From IMG/VR virus record IMGVR_UViG_3300045988_136632: a stretch of DNA of 46,309 nt. The stretch is one strand, 5' to 3'. Positions 44,439 through 46,309 of the stretch are shown here, one piece after another. Under the pieces are notes generated by a model that searched no databases, was not told the DNA's origin, and was given only the letters and a program-made list of their open reading frames with translations. Made by a program: the position numbers and the translations under genes. The first letter of the stretch is position 1; each line of letters opens with the position of its first letter. The stretch is from a virus.

Positions 44439-44711
44439 TTATTTAGGCACATGGTCTATTCTCCATACTGGCATAAAACCAGCAGCAATATCGCCAAGTG
44501 AAAGATTCTTAATCGGAAGAAACAGCCCCTTTTCTTTTATCTGTAACTCGTTATGGTATTCGTCTTTTTTTATTTGAGCATCAGCCCAAGACATTCTCAT
44601 TGCAAAATTCAAAGAGTAGTTATAATTGCGCACATAAATCCAAGCACGCTGTATGATAGCTTTCCTATTGTACTTACCATCAATTACCAGTCTATAATCT
44701 CTCTTTTCCAT
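44439..44711 (-). CDS. hypothetical early protein
   Basis: 90-aa ORF. Confidence 0.5.
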   Translation of the reverse strand: MEKRDYRLVIDGKYNRKAIIQRAWIYVRNYNYSLNFAMRMSWADAQIKKDEYHNELQIKEKGLFLPIKNLSLGDIAAGFMPVWRIDHVPK

Positions 44712-44731
44712 ATTACTAATGTTACGTCAAT

Positions 44732-45019
44732 TTATTTAAACACCTTAAGTTGGACTATCGCCTTTCTGCCCTGTAGATGAATAACATTAGTCACTTCCAT
44801 CTGATAATCAGACCAACAGGTTCCTTGTATGAAAAGACCCAAAAGATCTTTGTATTCAGATTGATTATTCTTCCCGATTAACTTCACTATGCGGCTTATC
44901 TCTTCTTTTGAAAGTATTACAATTTCACCTTTGCGCGGAAACACTTCAAGATCTATCTCCACAGCCGTATCTATGTAAATTACATCGTTATCGGACATTA
45001 CACATACTTGAACTTTCAT
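44732..45019 (-). CDS. hypothetical early protein
   Basis: 95-aa ORF. Confidence 0.5.
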   Translation of the reverse strand: MKVQVCVMSDNDVIYIDTAVEIDLEVFPRKGEIVILSKEEISRIVKLIGKNNQSEYKDLLGLFIQGTCWSDYQMEVTNVIHLQGRKAIVQLKVFK

Positions 45020-45068
45020 AATAATCTATTTTACTTTGGTTCTATGATTCACGAACTTATTCATTGCA

Positions 45069-45311
45069 TTAATCTCCTACATAATGTGCTCCATAAAGCC
45101 CAGTACTATTTTGATTATAGTAAGCCGAAGATGGAGTAGAGTTATTATTATAGTTAGTAGGCTTATAGTCTGTGAAATATTTACATGAGTAGTTTTTTGC
45201 TTCATTCCAAATACGTCTCAGGCATTCACCAAATGATATTCCTCTTTCTTTCAATGCGCGGAAAAGAATGTGCGCATCGGTCATTATCTTTTTCAAATTG
45301 TACTTTTTCAT
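45069..45311 (-). CDS. first early-operon protein (Cro position, no HTH recognised)
   Basis: 80 aa, divergent from the repressor across the operator region. Confidence 0.55.
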   Translation of the reverse strand: MKKYNLKKIMTDAHILFRALKERGISFGECLRRIWNEAKNYSCKYFTDYKPTNYNNNSTPSSAYYNQNSTGLYGAHYVGD

Positions 45312-45398
45312 TGCCTTACCTATTTTTAGTTATGTAAATAATTTGGTTATCTCAATCAAACTTCTCATCTTTGCGATGTCGTTTGTTATTTGATGTTG

Positions 45399-45406
45399 CA
45401 AAGATA
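45399..45406 (-). promoter_or_regulatory. candidate early promoter -7 box TATCTTTG (reverse strand)
   Basis: Plus-strand CAAAGATA is the reverse complement of TAnnTTTG. It overlaps operator palindrome O1 by 3 nt. Confidence 0.4.
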
Positions 45407-45420
45407 CTAACAGTTAGTAT
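45404..45420. promoter_or_regulatory. operator palindrome O1, ATACTAAC-A-GTTAGTAT
   Basis: Perfect 8+1+8 inverted repeat in the divergent intergenic region. Confidence 0.6.
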
Positions 45421-45465
45421 AAATACAAACTTTACAGTATTAAAAGTTAGCATATTTACAACATT

Positions 45466-45482
45466 TAACTAACTGTTAGTAT
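45466..45482. promoter_or_regulatory. operator palindrome O2, (TA)ACTAAC-T-GTTAGT(AT)
   Basis: It has the same ACTAAC-N-GTTAGT core as O1 and ends 8 nt upstream of the repressor ATG. Confidence 0.55.
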
Positions 45483-45490
45483 TTTCATAT

Positions 45491-46198
45491 ATGGAAGCTT
45501 GGGAAAGAATAGAATTTATTATTGAAAGAGAAGGGATGAATAAGAATTCATTCAGTAATGCTATTGGCATTTCTAATAATGTGACTATAACAAGAATCAT
45601 TAATGAACATCGTACTCCTTCACGAGCTACATGTGAAAAGATAGTTAGTGCATTTCCTTCTTATAATCTTCAATGGGTACTTACTGGAGAAGGTGAAATG
45701 CTCAATAATTCGAATCCTGTACCAAAGTACAATGAAGCCGTACCCATTCAACAAGATGTAGTATATATTCCTCTTGTCAACCAATTCGCATATGCCGGAT
45801 ATCTTGATGGATATTCAGATTGCACCTATTTAGAACAGCTTCCTAAAGTTCCTTTTATTGTAGATCATGAAGGACATGGAAATTATATCGCTTTCGAAGT
45901 AAAGGGGGACAGCATGAACAACGGAACCGAAGAAAGCTATTTAGAAGGTGATAGACTGTACTGTCGTGAAATACAACCTCACCTTTGGGCTACATCTAAA
46001 TTACATCTCCGGAAATGGGATTTTGTGATAGTACATGAAGATGGAATTGTAGTAAAACGAATTATAGATCACGATGTAGAGAACCACACTATTACAATAC
46101 ATTCTTTGAATGATATGTATCCAGATCGAGTTATTGATTTGTGCGATGTTAAACAGATATTTAATGTCATAGAGTCGGTAAGACCAAGAAGGAGATAA
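45491..46198 (+). CDS. CI/LexA-like repressor (N-terminal HTH plus C-terminal S24 autopeptidase)
   Basis: The N-terminal Cro/C1-type HTH is NSFSNAIGISNNVTITRIINEHRTP. The C-terminus has VKGDSMNNG (catalytic Ser) and IVVKRI (Lys). Confidence 0.85.
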   Translation: MEAWERIEFIIEREGMNKNSFSNAIGISNNVTITRIINEHRTPSRATCEKIVSAFPSYNLQWVLTGEGEMLNNSNPVPKYNEAVPIQQDVVYIPLVNQFAYAGYLDGYSDCTYLEQLPKVPFIVDHEGHGNYIAFEVKGDSMNNGTEESYLEGDRLYCREIQPHLWATSKLHLRKWDFVIVHEDGIVVKRIIDHDVENHTITIHSLNDMYPDRVIDLCDVKQIFNVIESVRPRRR

Positions 46199-46309
46199 CC
46201 AAAATGCACAAAAGAGATTTTCAATATAAATCTACCCAATTTTGGCAAAATCATAATACCCCAAAGTGGATTTGCACTCATTTTCAAGCTTTAGAGTATA
46301 AAATGAATA
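46169..46309. repeat. terminal overlap copy 2 (identical to 1-141)
   Basis: Same as copy 1. It contains the repressor stop codon and the start of the 36-677 ORF. Confidence 0.95.

Larger units (their letters stand above)
1..46168. mobile_element. complete circularly permuted genome of a temperate tailed phage (siphovirus-like)
   Basis: The 141-bp exact end overlap closes the circle. A full set is present: repressor, integrase plus attP, replication, terminase, portal, capsid, tape measure, fibre and lysis genes. No sheath-like gene is seen. Confidence 0.85.

Overview
The window is one complete, circularly permuted genome of a temperate tailed phage that looks siphovirus-like. The unit length is 46,168 bp, and the last 141 bp (46169-46309) repeat bases 1-141 exactly. 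Several TAnnTTTG boxes sit in front of genes, and the integrase and HTH types are Bacteroidota-like, so a Bacteroidota host is likely; this is inference only.

Organisation is strictly strand-partitioned. A + strand lysogeny module runs across the window junction: an S24/LexA-type CI repressor (45491-46198), a HEPN-like ORF, a lipoprotein, an uncharacterised two-gene cassette, attP (a tRNA 3' fragment flanked by TCCAAAAC repeats), a tyrosine integrase and two small ORFs, ending at a strong terminator near 5.2 kb. Almost everything else is on the - strand:
- early, recombination and replication genes (45.3 down to 30.7 kb)
- terminase, portal, scaffold and capsid (30.5 down to 23.5 kb)
- tail genes, including a 1358-aa tape measure and a 1044-aa fibre (23.4 down to 9.5 kb)
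- a lysis cassette (9.1 down to 7.8 kb)
- a separately promoted beta-helix depolymerase-like gene (7.4 down to 5.4 kb)

The most interesting items are:
1. The AT-rich accessory genes wedged between repressor and attP (36-2866). These are a repressor-cotranscribed ORF with an RNxxxH HEPN motif plus a lipoprotein, then an unrecognised two-gene operon. They are candidate new anti-phage or toxin systems.
2. Two GC-enriched ORF-free islands of about 400 nt inside the AT-rich early operon (38.56-38.93 kb and 44.04-44.44 kb). The first carries a tRNA-like acceptor/T-arm module and lies between two small HNH genes.
3. A duplicated 29-aa hydrophobic peptide gene that the ORF track misses.
4. An iteron array inside the replication initiator gene.

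No CRISPR array, complete tRNA, rRNA, reverse transcriptase or transposase was seen.
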